Shown one piece after another: positions 50,991 through 60,856 of a stretch of 64,000 bases of DNA (its first letter is position 1; every line of letters starts with the position of its first letter). Position numbers and translations under genes: made by a program. The notes beneath the pieces were generated by a model. The model did not search any database and had not been told where the DNA came from. It saw nothing but the letters and a program-made list of their open reading frames with translations. Origin of the DNA: Clostridiales bacterium (lineage in GTDB: Bacteria > Bacillota > Clostridia > Oscillospirales > Acutalibacteraceae); the NCBI GenBank assembly GCA_019422525.1, contig JAHZDE010000009.1, forward strand, positions 37,150 through 101,149. Direction: 5' to 3'.

Positions 50991-51571
50991 GACTCCTCTT
51001 CCTCCTGGTCTTTGATGACAATAGCAAGAAATTGGCAGGGTTCCCCACCGGTGGCAATCATGCCGTGACCCCGGCCGGAATCATAAAAAATGGCGTCTCC
51101 GGCCTTCAACAGCTCGGTATGGGTTTCCATCTGTACCTTTAATTCTCCGGACAGGATATAGTCAAACTCCTGACCGGCATGGGTGGACAGGGCAATCGGT
51201 GCTTCCTGCTCTTCGGGAATATAGGGTGCTGTAACCAGGAATGGCTCGGCCAGCTTATGCTTTAAGCGATAGCCCAAATGTTTATAGGTAAAGCCTTTGC
51301 GACGGCGCATATCCAGCCCTTCGTCCTTTCGTACAATGCAGTAAAAGGACAGATGGGGGTCCTGACCGGTCAACAGCTCTACAATATCTACGCCAAACTT
51401 ATCGGCACATTTGTACAGAAAGGTAAAGTTGAAATCCTTCTTCCCTTCCTCGCAGGCCTGATACTCTTCTACAGAGACATCCAGCGCCTGTGCCATTTCC
51501 TCAATGGTGAATTCACAAATCTCACGCAGGGCTCGGATACGCTCGGAAATTTCCAGTACTCTTGCTTCCAT
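50984..51571 (-). CDS. XRE-family HTH regulator with C-terminal cupin domain
   Basis: The N-terminal HTH (IRALREICEFTIEEMAQALDVSVEEYQACEEG) and a cupin motif (GQEFDYILSG...GHGMIATG) are both visible. The ORF-track start at 51580 is a GTG too close to the RBS. Confidence 0.8.
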   Translation of the reverse strand: MEARVLEISERIRALREICEFTIEEMAQALDVSVEEYQACEEGKKDFNFTFLYKCADKFGVDIVELLTGQDPHLSFYCIVRKDEGLDMRRRKGFTYKHLGYRLKHKLAEPFLVTAPYIPEEQEAPIALSTHAGQEFDYILSGELKVQMETHTELLKAGDAIFYDSGRGHGMIATGGEPCQFLAIVIKDQEEEESC

Positions 51572-51642
51572 ATGGGTCACAGCCCCTTTCGTATGTTATT
51601 TTTTACGGTAACGGATTTTTTATGTTCGCGTCTCCCCGCCAA

Positions 51643-54048
51643 TTATTTCGCGACAATGTTCACCAGCTTGCCGGGAACATAGATTTCTTTCACGATGCGC
51701 TTGCCGGCAATCTCTGCGGCAATCTTTGCGTCAGCCTTGGCCGCTGCAATAGCGTCTTCTTTGGAAATATCTGCAGCAACCTGCATACGGGCGCGAAGTT
51801 TGCCGTTAATCTGTACCACGATTTCAACGGTTGCGTCTTTGCACTTGGCTTCGTCATATACCGGCCATGCAGCTACCGATGCCATTCCTTCGCCCAGTGC
51901 GTTTGCTTCCCACACTTCTTCGGTGATGTGCGGGGCAAAGGGATTCAGCAGCAGAGTGAAAATCTTCAGCTCTTCTTTGGTGACGGAACCCTTGTCGGCA
52001 ATTTCGTTAATCAAGGCCATCAAAGCAGCAATAGCCGTGTTAAATTTCAAGCTTTCAATATCCTCGGTGACCTTCTTGATGGTCTTGTGGAAAACGGTCT
52101 CCATTTCAGGACGCAGGCCACCTTCGGTCAGGATTTCCTGCAAATTCCAGTAACGGTCCAGGAAACGGCGGCAGCCGCGCAGGCTGTTGATGTTCCACGG
52201 TGCAGCCTTCTCAAAGTCGCCGATGAACATTTCATACAGACGCAGGGTATCGGCGCCGTACTCATTGACAATATCATCCGGGTTCACCACGTTGCCGCGG
52301 GACTTACTCATCTTTTCGCCGTTGTCGCCCAGAATCATGCCGTGGCTGGTGCGCTTAGCATAAGGCTCAGAAGTGGGAACCACACCGATGTCATACAGGA
52401 ACTTGTGCCAGAAACGGCTGTACAGCAGGTGCAGAGTGGTGTGCTCCATGCCGCCATTGTACCAGTCTACCCGGTTCCAGTAATCCAAGGCCTCTTTGCC
52501 TACCGGCGCCTTGTCGTTGTGGGGGTCCATATACCGCAGGAAGTACCAGGAAGAACCGGCCCACTGAGGCATGGTGTCGGTCTCACGACGGGCAGGACCG
52601 CCGCAGTGCGGGCAAGTGGTGTTTACCCAATCGGTCATGTGGGCCAAGGGAGATTCACCGTTATCGGTGGGCTCATAGGACTTTACGTTGGGCAGGGTCA
52701 GAGGCAGCTGGTCCTCGGGCAGGGGCACCCAGCCGCACTTCTCGCAGTATACCACGGGAATCGGCTCGCCCCAATAACGCTGACGGGAGAACACCCAGTC
52801 ACGGAGCTTGAAATTCACCTTCTCATGGCCGATGCCCTTTTCGGTGAGGTATTCAATAATGCGCTTTTTGGCGTCTTCCACACTCAGGCCGTCCAAAATG
52901 CCGGAGTTGACCATGACGCCGGTTTCGCAGTCGGTAAAGGCTTCCTTCTCCACGTCGCCGCCCTTAACCACTTCGATAATGGGCAGATTAAATTTCTTTG
53001 CAAACTCCCAGTCGCGGGTATCGTGGGCAGGCACAGCCATAATGGCGCCGGTGCCGTAGGATACCAGCACATAGTCGGAAATGAAAATCGGGATTTCTTT
53101 ACCGGTCAGCGGGTTAATGGCGGAAACGCCGTCCAAACGCACACCGGTTTTCTCTTTGACTACCTCGGTGCGCTCAAAGTCGGACTTTCGGGCGGCTTCG
53201 GCCTGATAGGCGCGGATTTCGTCCATATTGCTGAGCTTGTCCGCCCACTTTTCCAGATAGGGGTGCTCAGGGGAAACTACCATGTAGGTGGCGCCATACA
53301 GGGTGTCGGGACGGGTGGTGTAAACCGTCAGTTTGTCGCCGGCAGTGGTGGCAAAGTCCACCTCCGCGCCGGTGGAGCGGCCAATCCAGTTAATCTGCTG
53401 GGCCTTTACCCGCTCAGGATAGTCCACCTGTGCCAAGTCGTCAATCAGGCGCTGGGCATAGGCGGTGATTTTCAGCATCCACTGGGACTTGACCTTGCGG
53501 ACCACTTCGCTGCCGCAGCGCTCGCACACGCCGTTGACCACTTCTTCGTTGGCCAGCACGCACTTACAGGAAGTACACCAGTTCACAGCCATTTCCTTCT
53601 TATAGGCCAGGCCGTGCTTCAGCAGCTGGAGGAAAATCCACTGGGTCCACTTGTAATACTCGGGGTCGGTGGTATTGATTTCACGGCTCCAGTCAAAGGA
53701 GATGCCCAGGGACTGAATCTGCTTTTTAAACCGGGCAATATTCTTCTTGGTCACCTCTGCGGGATGCACGTGATTCTTAATGGCATAGTTCTCCGTGGGC
53801 AGGCCGAAAGCGTCCCAGCCGATAGGATACAGCACATTGTAGCCCTGCATCCGGCGCTTTCTGGAAACAATGTCCAGAGCAGTGTAGGGGCGGGGATGTC
53901 CCACATGCAGGCCCTGTCCGGAAGGATAGGGGAATTCCACCAGTGTATAATATTTGGGCTTGTCGGAATCATTGGAGGCATGGAAAACACCGGCCTCTTC
54001 CCATTTTTCCTGCCACTTGGGTTCAATTGCTTTGGGATCGTATTTCAT
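51643..54048 (-). CDS. leuS: Leucyl-tRNA synthetase
   Basis: HVGHPRPY (HIGH) and KMSKSRGN (KMSKS) motifs. 801 aa. Confidence 0.98.
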   Translation of the reverse strand: MKYDPKAIEPKWQEKWEEAGVFHASNDSDKPKYYTLVEFPYPSGQGLHVGHPRPYTALDIVSRKRRMQGYNVLYPIGWDAFGLPTENYAIKNHVHPAEVTKKNIARFKKQIQSLGISFDWSREINTTDPEYYKWTQWIFLQLLKHGLAYKKEMAVNWCTSCKCVLANEEVVNGVCERCGSEVVRKVKSQWMLKITAYAQRLIDDLAQVDYPERVKAQQINWIGRSTGAEVDFATTAGDKLTVYTTRPDTLYGATYMVVSPEHPYLEKWADKLSNMDEIRAYQAEAARKSDFERTEVVKEKTGVRLDGVSAINPLTGKEIPIFISDYVLVSYGTGAIMAVPAHDTRDWEFAKKFNLPIIEVVKGGDVEKEAFTDCETGVMVNSGILDGLSVEDAKKRIIEYLTEKGIGHEKVNFKLRDWVFSRQRYWGEPIPVVYCEKCGWVPLPEDQLPLTLPNVKSYEPTDNGESPLAHMTDWVNTTCPHCGGPARRETDTMPQWAGSSWYFLRYMDPHNDKAPVGKEALDYWNRVDWYNGGMEHTTLHLLYSRFWHKFLYDIGVVPTSEPYAKRTSHGMILGDNGEKMSKSRGNVVNPDDIVNEYGADTLRLYEMFIGDFEKAAPWNINSLRGCRRFLDRYWNLQEILTEGGLRPEMETVFHKTIKKVTEDIESLKFNTAIAALMALINEIADKGSVTKEELKIFTLLLNPFAPHITEEVWEANALGEGMASVAAWPVYDEAKCKDATVEIVVQINGKLRARMQVAADISKEDAIAAAKADAKIAAEIAGKRIVKEIYVPGKLVNIVAK

Positions 54049-54091
54049 AATCGGGGATGCTCCTTTTATATCATAAAATTCGGTTTTACTA

Positions 54092-54448
54092 TTATGCTTC
54101 TTCAGAAAGCCCTGTGTCTACCTCTTCCCCGTCCTGCCACAGACGGTCAAGGTCATAGAAGCTGCGGGATTCCTGGGTGAATACATGTACCACCACGCTG
54201 CCGTAATCCAGCAGTATCCAGGAATTGGAATTATAGCCCTCGATATGGCCGGGGGCAACGCCTTTTTCCTTGAGCTGATATTCCACTTCATCGGCCAGCG
54301 CTTTGACCTGGGTGTTGCTGGTACCGGTGGCGATGACGAAATAATCCGCAATGACGGAAAGCTCCGCAATGTGCAAAATTTTCAGGTTCAGGGCTTTTTT
54401 GCTGTCCAGCGCTTTGGCAGCGGCTTTGGCCAGTTCCAGTTCTGTCAT
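54092..54448 (-). CDS. rsfS: Ribosome silencing factor RsfS
   Basis: [22 protein letters not shown]...[14 protein letters not shown]...YDLDRLW. Confidence 0.93.
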   Translation of the reverse strand: MTELELAKAAAKALDSKKALNLKILHIAELSVIADYFVIATGTSNTQVKALADEVEYQLKEKGVAPGHIEGYNSNSWILLDYGSVVVHVFTQESRSFYDLDRLWQDGEEVDTGLSEEA

Positions 54449-54469
54449 AGCTTTGTTTCCTTCCTTATA

Positions 54470-55114
54470 TCATTTTCTTTTAATCGCTTCGGTTTCAAAA
54501 TGCTCGGGATGCATCAGCACCCAGTTAAAGGCGGCTACCGTATCGGGATGAATGGGCACTTCCTGCTCCGCCAAATCCTTGATGGAAAACGAAAGCCCTT
54601 CTATCATGGCAAGGCGCAAATCCCGCCGGGCTTTCTCCCGCATCCTCTCCACGCCCGGATAGTCCCTGTCGGCAGAAGTAAAGTCTGCAATGAAAATAAC
54701 CCTCTCCAAGGGGCTCATGCCGGCCCGGCCCACGGTGTGGTAATAGACGGCGTTGAGCATGTCCCGGTCGTGGATTTGCAGCTTCTCCTGCATATAGGCC
54801 ATGCCGCTGAAAGCGTGATAGAGCTTTTTGGCGCCCTGCTCCACTTCGGACATATGGATGCCCGCTTTTTCAATCAGCGTCAACTGTTCGGCGGGGGTGG
54901 AATCCTTCATACAATCGTGAAGCACCCCGGCCTCGGCGGCCTTTTTCGGGTCTGCGCCATATTTTTCCGCCAAAATCACCGCCTCATAGGCCACATTGAT
55001 ACTGTGGCGATAGCGATAGTCGCTGAGCAGCGGCCGTATGTTTTCGGCATAGGCTTTTGCGGTGGGGAAGCGTGCAAACAGGGCTTCTTCCCTCTCCCGG
55101 TCTTTTTTACCCAT
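54470..55114 (-). CDS. yqeK: HD-domain bis(5'-nucleosyl)-tetraphosphatase YqeK
   Basis: YRHSINVAYEAV...AGVLHDCMK...ADFTSADRDYPG. The start is the ATG at 55114, with GGGAGAA upstream. Confidence 0.85.
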   Translation of the reverse strand: MGKKDREREEALFARFPTAKAYAENIRPLLSDYRYRHSINVAYEAVILAEKYGADPKKAAEAGVLHDCMKDSTPAEQLTLIEKAGIHMSEVEQGAKKLYHAFSGMAYMQEKLQIHDRDMLNAVYYHTVGRAGMSPLERVIFIADFTSADRDYPGVERMREKARRDLRLAMIEGLSFSIKDLAEQEVPIHPDTVAAFNWVLMHPEHFETEAIKRK

Positions 55115-55134
55115 ATGATTTTCTCCCTTCCGGC

Positions 55135-55410
55135 AAATAAAAGTAAACCCCGGATACAGCCTGTGCCGTATCCGGGGCGAAACAATTCCTGTCCGCGGTA
55201 CCACCCTGATTCAGCCGCAGTATGCCTTGCGGCCCTCGTGGGACTTTACAAAATCCCGGGCGGGTAACGGGGCCAACCGCCTGCCCCTTATCCGGGCAGA
55301 GACTCCGGGGTGAGTATCCACAGCAGGCGTCTGCCGGCTTCCACCAGCCGCCGGCTCTCTGCAAGGCGTATCTGCTGTCTTATCCCCTTCACAGTCTTTA
55401 AAACCATATT
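55135..55410 (-). promoter_or_regulatory. T-box leader (probable Leu specifier CUC) with terminator
   Basis: The minus strand carries the AGAGAG box, a candidate specifier ACTCA (CUC at 55312-55314), and the T-box sequence AATCAGGGTGGTACCGCGG (55193-55212). The terminator CCCCGGATAC...GTATCCGGGG plus TTTACTTTTATTT lies at 55135-55177. Confidence 0.85.
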
Positions 55411-55417
55411 AGTATTT

Positions 55418-55447
55418 ATTATAAACTACCCCATTCCCCCCTGTCAA
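55418..55447 (-). promoter_or_regulatory. Promoter of the T-box operon (TTGACA-18-TATAAT)
   Basis: Consensus hexamers on the minus strand immediately upstream of the leader. Confidence 0.6.
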
Positions 55448-55493
55448 GGGATGGGCGTCATTTTCTCATTGAGGGCAAGGCCGGGTGGGTGGA

Positions 55494-57929
55494 TTACCGT
55501 TTTGTAAGCGCTGCACGGGCAATGTCGCGTCTTCGGGCAAAGATGGGAACAGACGGATATTGCTCGGAGAGTTTTGTCCAAATCTCCAGCGCTTTTTGTA
55601 AATAGGCAATTGATTCATCAATCCGGGTGTGGGTATCATCGCTGTTTTGAAAGCTGTTTGAAAGGGAAGGATACAGTTTGGCTAATTGTTGTTCCAAGAC
55701 TTTCTGCTTTTGCTGCAAGTAAATGACCGAATCATCCAGCGTTCCCAGCTTATAATAGGAAAGTGCCAAGTCATCCCGCGCTTCGGGTGTGGGTGCTTCT
55801 TCTGCAAGCTGTTTGCTGATTTCCAAATCCAGCTCATAATACTTTTTGGCTGCCGGGATATCCTCTCCTGCCTTACAGATGTTTCCCATTTTCTCATAGC
55901 TGATAGACAACCCTCGATGGTTTTGTATGGTTGGCGATTCCTCTGATAGTTGTTTACTGATTTCCAATGAAACCTCATAATACTTTTTGGCTGCCGGGAT
56001 ATCCCCTTTTGCCTTCAAGATGTCTCCCATTCTCTCATAGCTGATGGACAAATCCCGGCGCATCTGAATGGTCGGGGATTCCTCTGATAGTTGTTTGCTG
56101 ATTTCCAATGAAACCTCATAATACTTTCGCGCGGCCGGGATATTTCCTTCTGCCTTCAAGATATCACCCATTTTCTCATAGCTGATGGACAACCCCCGGC
56201 GGTTTTGTATGGTTGGCGATTCCTCTGCAAGCTGTTTGCTGATTTCCAAGAAAAGTTCATAAAACTTCTGGGCGGCCGAGATATCCCCTTCTGCCTCACA
56301 GATGCCTCCCATTCTCTCATAGCTGATGGATAGGCTCCGGCGCATCTGGATTGTCGGCGATTCCTCTGCAAGCTGTTTGTTGATTTTCAAAGCAAGCTCA
56401 TAATACTTTCGGGCGGCCGGGATATCCCCTTCTGCCTTTAAGATATCTCCCATTCTCTCATAGCTGACAGACAAATCTCGGCGACTCTGAATTGTCAGCG
56501 ATTTCTCCGCAAGCTGTTGGAATATATCTATTTCCAGCTCATAATATTTCCGGACGGCTGGGATATCCCCTTCTGCCTTTAAGATGTCTCCGAGCTTATT
56601 ATAGCTGACAGCTACATATCGATGTGCAGAAGAAAACTGATACTTTTCCCACGCTGTTTTGCAAAGGGGCAGCAGCTTGGTTTCCCAAACCCACCGCCAG
56701 TTAGAAATCTCTTCCAGCTCTTTATAAAAATCGCCCAAATCCCACCAAGCATTGGTGAGTTCAAGGAAGGTATCCTCTGTTTGAGTTTCTTCCCATGCCT
56801 TTTCCCTAATCTCCACCAGCTTTTTTTGCCAGTCGATAGCCTTGTGAGAATCCCTCTTCACGCCTTCGCCGGAATGGTACATGGAAACAAGCTTTTCCAT
56901 GGCCGGCTCATAGCCCTGCTGGGCTGCGCCCCGGATGAGTGTTTCTGCCCGGTAATGGTCTACTTCCACGTCAATACCCGCCAAATAAGCAAGGCCGATA
57001 AAAAAGTTGTGCTGGGCATCGTCATCATTTTCCCGGATAGCCACCTCCCGCAGGGCGGCGCTCAAACTCTCCGTCAAGGCTGGAGTATCTTCCCCATTGG
57101 TGCAGGAGGGCATGGACTCATAATAGCTTTCCAGCTCCGGACGACCGGTGGGCGTCATTTCCACTGGCAGGATGGGCTTCCCGGCCGCTTTTGCCATGGG
57201 ATACTCAGTGGTCATCACATAGTTGGGGTTTTCCAGCAGACTGGGCGTGACAACCAAGGTGAAGAGCTTACTCTTTTGAAGCGCGTCTATAATGGCCTGA
57301 TTAAAGTTTTCGCCCGGGACTAAAAACTCATCGTACCAGATGGCAATGTCCCGGCAGAATTCGTTTTGATGGATAAGACGCATGAGCTTTTGGGCTTCCC
57401 GGCGGTCCTTTTTTCGATAGCTGAGAAAAATATAAGCGTCAAAGGCTGCCCGCACCTTTGCTGCCAATTCATCGCCCACCAGCACAGAATCCAAAAACTT
57501 TTGCAGCTTTTCTTCAAAGGGAATAGCTGTGCTGTCGTGGGCGTTTGCGTCCAAAAACTGCAAGTCACCGAATTTTTCCTGAAACTTTTCTTCCAGCCCC
57601 GATTCCTGCATCAAAGGCAGCACCGGGATGTGGTGCTCGATGGCAAAGGGAAACTCCTTGTCCATGGCCCGGTTGGGCTGAGTCAGCAGCCGCTCGGTTA
57701 CCGGCATAACAAAAAGCTGCATTTGGGAAAGGTCGGCAGAAAGCTCCTCCCAATTATAGGGCGCTTCCGGCTCGGCATCGTACCAAATAGCACAGTTTTG
57801 CAGCGCTAAAATCTGCTGGCTGATGGGCTTTAGAAAGAACTCCTGCTCTTTGGGATGGCAGCAAAAATAAACCCGGGGCTTTCCCTGGGGGCTGGCGCTT
57901 CCACGAGTGAGATATTGAAGTTTTGACAT
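55494..57929 (-). CDS. Paralogue A: tandem TIR-like domains + SEL1-like segment + 6 x 47-aa TPR-like repeats (811 aa)
   Basis: Domain 1 has PRVYFCCHP...AIWYD...LFVMPVTERLL...DKEFPFA...IPVLPL. Domain 2 has YIFLSYRKKDRREAQ...IAIWYDEFLVPGENF...LFTLVVTPSLL...TTEYPMA...KPILPV, a classic bacterial TIR beta-alpha pattern. The SEL1-like segment reads IGLAYLAGIDVEVD...AMEKLVSMYHSGEGVKRD. The repeats have the form LSISYERMGDILKAEGDIPAARKYYEL.L.ISKQLAEESPTIQ. Confidence 0.7.
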   Translation of the reverse strand: MSKLQYLTRGSASPQGKPRVYFCCHPKEQEFFLKPISQQILALQNCAIWYDAEPEAPYNWEELSADLSQMQLFVMPVTERLLTQPNRAMDKEFPFAIEHHIPVLPLMQESGLEEKFQEKFGDLQFLDANAHDSTAIPFEEKLQKFLDSVLVGDELAAKVRAAFDAYIFLSYRKKDRREAQKLMRLIHQNEFCRDIAIWYDEFLVPGENFNQAIIDALQKSKLFTLVVTPSLLENPNYVMTTEYPMAKAAGKPILPVEMTPTGRPELESYYESMPSCTNGEDTPALTESLSAALREVAIRENDDDAQHNFFIGLAYLAGIDVEVDHYRAETLIRGAAQQGYEPAMEKLVSMYHSGEGVKRDSHKAIDWQKKLVEIREKAWEETQTEDTFLELTNAWWDLGDFYKELEEISNWRWVWETKLLPLCKTAWEKYQFSSAHRYVAVSYNKLGDILKAEGDIPAVRKYYELEIDIFQQLAEKSLTIQSRRDLSVSYERMGDILKAEGDIPAARKYYELALKINKQLAEESPTIQMRRSLSISYERMGGICEAEGDISAAQKFYELFLEISKQLAEESPTIQNRRGLSISYEKMGDILKAEGNIPAARKYYEVSLEISKQLSEESPTIQMRRDLSISYERMGDILKAKGDIPAAKKYYEVSLEISKQLSEESPTIQNHRGLSISYEKMGNICKAGEDIPAAKKYYELDLEISKQLAEEAPTPEARDDLALSYYKLGTLDDSVIYLQQKQKVLEQQLAKLYPSLSNSFQNSDDTHTRIDESIAYLQKALEIWTKLSEQYPSVPIFARRRDIARAALTKR
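55779..56624 (-). repeat. Six tandem 141-bp coding repeats (47-aa TPR-like units) in paralogue A
   Basis: The CTCATAAT landmark recurs at 55833, 55974 and 56115, exactly 141 bp apart. The units are nearly identical to one another. Confidence 0.9.
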
Positions 57930-57977
57930 AAAGATACCCCCTTCTACTGTTTGTTTGATTATTCTACCTCATGTACT

Positions 57978-58006
57978 ATCATACAAGGATTTCTTATCGA
58001 GTACAA
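57978..58006 (-). promoter_or_regulatory. Promoter of paralogue A (TTGTAC-17-TATGAT)
   Basis: The hexamers and 17-nt spacer are conserved in position upstream of all three paralogues. Confidence 0.5.
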
Positions 58007-58039
58007 CTATATAATAAAGTTTCTTTTGTTTTTTCGCCA

Positions 58040-58090
58040 AAAAACAGCAAAAAGCCGGAGTGCCATGGAAACGGACGGCATTCCGGCTTG
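58040..58090 (-). terminator. Rho-independent terminator after paralogue B
   Basis: On the minus strand, AAGCCGGAATGCC...GGCACTCCGGCTT forms a hairpin followed by TTTGCTGTTTTTT. Confidence 0.7.
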
Positions 58091-58095
58091 GTGAT

Positions 58096-60702
58096 TTAGT
58101 TTTCTCCCCGGGCAAGCAGCGAACGGGCAAAATCACGGTTTTGGGCATAGTAGGCAACCATTGGGTATTGCTCGGAAAGCCTTGTCCAAATGTCCAGCGC
58201 TTTTTGTAAGGAACTTACCGAATTTCCCAGTATTCCCAACTTATAGTAAGAAACCGCCAAGTCATCCCATGCTTCGGGTGAGGGCACTTTCTCCGCAAGC
58301 TGTTTGCTGATTTCCAGATCCAGCTCATAGTACTTCCGGGCAGTCGGGAGATCTCCTTCTGCTGTTGAGGTATCTCCCAACTTGTTATAACTAATGGATA
58401 AATCCCGGCAGTTTTCAATGGTCGGCGATTCTTCTGCAAGCTGTTTGCGGAGTTCCAAAGCAAGCTCATAATACTTTCGGGCGGTCGGGAGATCTCCTTC
58501 TGCTTTGCTGATGTCTCCTATACTGTTATAGCCGATAGACAGGCTTTGACGGTTTTCAATAGTCGATGATTCCTCTGCAAGTTGTTTGCTGATTTCCAAA
58601 GCAAACTCATAATACTTCCTGGCGGACGGGATGTTTCCTTCTGCTTTCAAGATACTTCCCATTATCCCATAGCTGATGGATAAAGTCCGGCGGTTTTCGA
58701 GAGTCGGTGATTCCTTCGCAAGCTGTTTGCTAATTTTCAAGAAGAGTTCATAATACTTTTTTGCTTCCGGGATATCCCCTTCTGCCTCACAGATATCTCC
58801 CATTCTCTCATAGCTGACAGACAAACCCCGGCGGTTTTGGATGGTCGGCGATTCTTCCGCAAGCTGTTGGAATATATCTGTTTCCAGCTCATAATACTTT
58901 CTGGCTGCCGGAATATTTTCTTGGGCCCTCAAGATATCACCCAGTTTTTCATAACCGATGGACAAGCTCCGGAGGTTCTCCATGGTCGGTGATTCCTCTG
59001 CAAGTTGTTTCTTGATTTCCAAGGCAAGCTCACAATACCTCCGGGTGGCCTCGATATTCCCTTGGGCCTTCAAGATGTCTCCCAGCTTGTTATAGCTGAC
59101 AGACAAATCCCGGCGGCTTTCGATGGTCGACGATTCCTCTGCAAGTTGTTTACTGATTTCCAAGGCAAGCTCATAATACTTATAGGCTTCCGGGATATCC
59201 CCTTGGACCTCACAAATATCTCCCAGTCTTTCATAGCTAATGGACAAGCTTCGGCGGTTCTCCATAGTCGGCGATTCCTTTGCAAGCTGTTTGAATATAT
59301 CTGTTTCCAGCTCATAATACTTCCTGGCGGACGGGAGATTTCCTTGGACCTTCAAGATGTCTCCCAGCTTGTCATAACTGACAGCTACACGTCGATGTGC
59401 AGAAGAAAAATGGTACTCTTCCCACACGGTTTTGCAAAGGGGCAGCATTTTGTTTTGCCAGACCCACCGCCAGTTAGGGATATCTTCCAACTCTTCATAA
59501 AAATTGCCCAAATTCCACAAGGCGTCTGTGAGTTCAAGAAAAGCATCCTCTGTTTGGGATTTTTTCCATGATTTTTCCCGGCTCTCGGTTAACTTTTCCT
59601 GCCACTCAATGGCTTTGTGATAAGCCCGTTTGACACCTTCACCAGATCGGTACATGGAAACAAGCTTTTCCATGGCCGGCTCATAGCCTTGCTCTGCTGC
59701 ACCCCGGATGAGTGCTTCCGCCCGGTGGTTATCGACTTCTACATCAATGCCTGCCAAATAGGCAAGGCCGATAAAATAGTTGTGCTGCGGGTCGTTATCA
59801 TTTTCCCGGATGGCCACCTCCCGCAGAGCGGCGGTCAAACTCTCCGTCAAGGCTGGAGTATCTTCCCCATTGGTGCAGGGCGGCACAGATTCATAACAGC
59901 TTTCCAGCTCCGGACGACCGGTGGGCGTCATTTCCACCGGCAGGATGGGCTTCCCTGCCGCTTTTGCCATGGGATACTCAGTGGTCATCACATAGTTGGG
60001 GTTTTCCAGCAGGCTGGGCGTGACAACCAAGGTGAAAAGCTTACTCTTTTGAAGCGCGTCTATAATGGCCTGATTAAAGTTTTCGCCTGGGACTAAAAAC
60101 TCGTCATACCAAATGGCAATGTCCCGGCAGAATTCGTTTTGATGGATAAGACGCATGAGCTTTTGAGCTTCCCGGCGGTCCTTCTTCCGATAACTGAGAA
60201 AAATGTAAGCATCAAAGGCTGCCCGCACTTGGGCAGCCAACTCGTCACCTACCAGCACAGAATCCAAAAACTTTTGCAGCTTTTTTTCAAAGGGAATGGC
60301 TGTACTGTCGTGAGCATTCGCGTCCAGAAACTGCAAGTCGCCGAACCGTTTTTGAAACTTTTCTTCCAAACCCGATTCCTGCATCAAAGGCAACACCGGG
60401 ATGTGGTGCTCCATGGCAAAGGGAAACTCCTTGTCCATGGCTCGGCTCGGCTGGGTTAATAGTCGCTCCGTCACCGGCATAACAAACAGCTGCATTTGGG
60501 AAAGGTCAGAAGAAAGCTCCTCCCAATTACGGGGAGCTTCCGGCTCTGGGTCGTACCAGATAGCACAGTTTTGCAGCTCTAAAATCTGCTGGCTGATGGG
60601 CTTTAAAAAGAATCCCTGCTCCTTGGGATGGCCGCAAAAATAAACCCGGGGCTTTCCCTGCGGGCTGGAATTGCCGCGGGTGAGATATTGAAACTTCGAC
60701 AC
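58096..60702 (-). CDS. Paralogue B: tandem TIR-like domains + SEL1-like segment + 8 x 47-aa TPR-like repeats (868 aa), GTG start
   Basis: Colinear with A over the first 435 codons without indels. The segment VRAAFDAYIFLSY...GRPELES (about 110 aa) is identical to A. The start codon is GTG, where A and C have ATG. Confidence 0.7.
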   Translation of the reverse strand: MSKFQYLTRGNSSPQGKPRVYFCGHPKEQGFFLKPISQQILELQNCAIWYDPEPEAPRNWEELSSDLSQMQLFVMPVTERLLTQPSRAMDKEFPFAMEHHIPVLPLMQESGLEEKFQKRFGDLQFLDANAHDSTAIPFEKKLQKFLDSVLVGDELAAQVRAAFDAYIFLSYRKKDRREAQKLMRLIHQNEFCRDIAIWYDEFLVPGENFNQAIIDALQKSKLFTLVVTPSLLENPNYVMTTEYPMAKAAGKPILPVEMTPTGRPELESCYESVPPCTNGEDTPALTESLTAALREVAIRENDNDPQHNYFIGLAYLAGIDVEVDNHRAEALIRGAAEQGYEPAMEKLVSMYRSGEGVKRAYHKAIEWQEKLTESREKSWKKSQTEDAFLELTDALWNLGNFYEELEDIPNWRWVWQNKMLPLCKTVWEEYHFSSAHRRVAVSYDKLGDILKVQGNLPSARKYYELETDIFKQLAKESPTMENRRSLSISYERLGDICEVQGDIPEAYKYYELALEISKQLAEESSTIESRRDLSVSYNKLGDILKAQGNIEATRRYCELALEIKKQLAEESPTMENLRSLSIGYEKLGDILRAQENIPAARKYYELETDIFQQLAEESPTIQNRRGLSVSYERMGDICEAEGDIPEAKKYYELFLKISKQLAKESPTLENRRTLSISYGIMGSILKAEGNIPSARKYYEFALEISKQLAEESSTIENRQSLSIGYNSIGDISKAEGDLPTARKYYELALELRKQLAEESPTIENCRDLSISYNKLGDTSTAEGDLPTARKYYELDLEISKQLAEKVPSPEAWDDLAVSYYKLGILGNSVSSLQKALDIWTRLSEQYPMVAYYAQNRDFARSLLARGEN
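58270..59397 (-). repeat. Eight tandem 141-bp coding repeats in paralogue B
   Basis: Counted from the translated repeats starting at H436. The units are moderately diverged. Confidence 0.85.
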
Positions 60703-60749
60703 GAAGATACCCCTTTCTACTGTTTTGTTTACTGTTCACCCTTATATTT

Positions 60750-60778
60750 ATGATACATGAGTTTCTTATTTTGTACAC
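60750..60778 (-). promoter_or_regulatory. Promoter of paralogue B (GTGTAC-17-TATCAT)
   Basis: Positional homologue of the A and C promoters. Its -35 is one base further from consensus. Confidence 0.4.
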
Positions 60779-60856
60779 TAATAATGGGGTTTCTTTCGAT
60801 TTTTCGCAAAAAACAATTTGTCATCGAAATGACACTTTAGCTTTTTTGCAAAGCAG

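Noticed and set aside
51562-54180. An 872-aa ORF on the plus strand, the longest plus-strand ORF in the window.
   Set aside because: It is antisense to leuS, whose HIGH and KMSKS motifs are unmistakable. Its translation is low-complexity (G/V/H/L/Q-rich) with no recognisable motif and no RBS. It is a typical shadow ORF of a GC3-rich gene.
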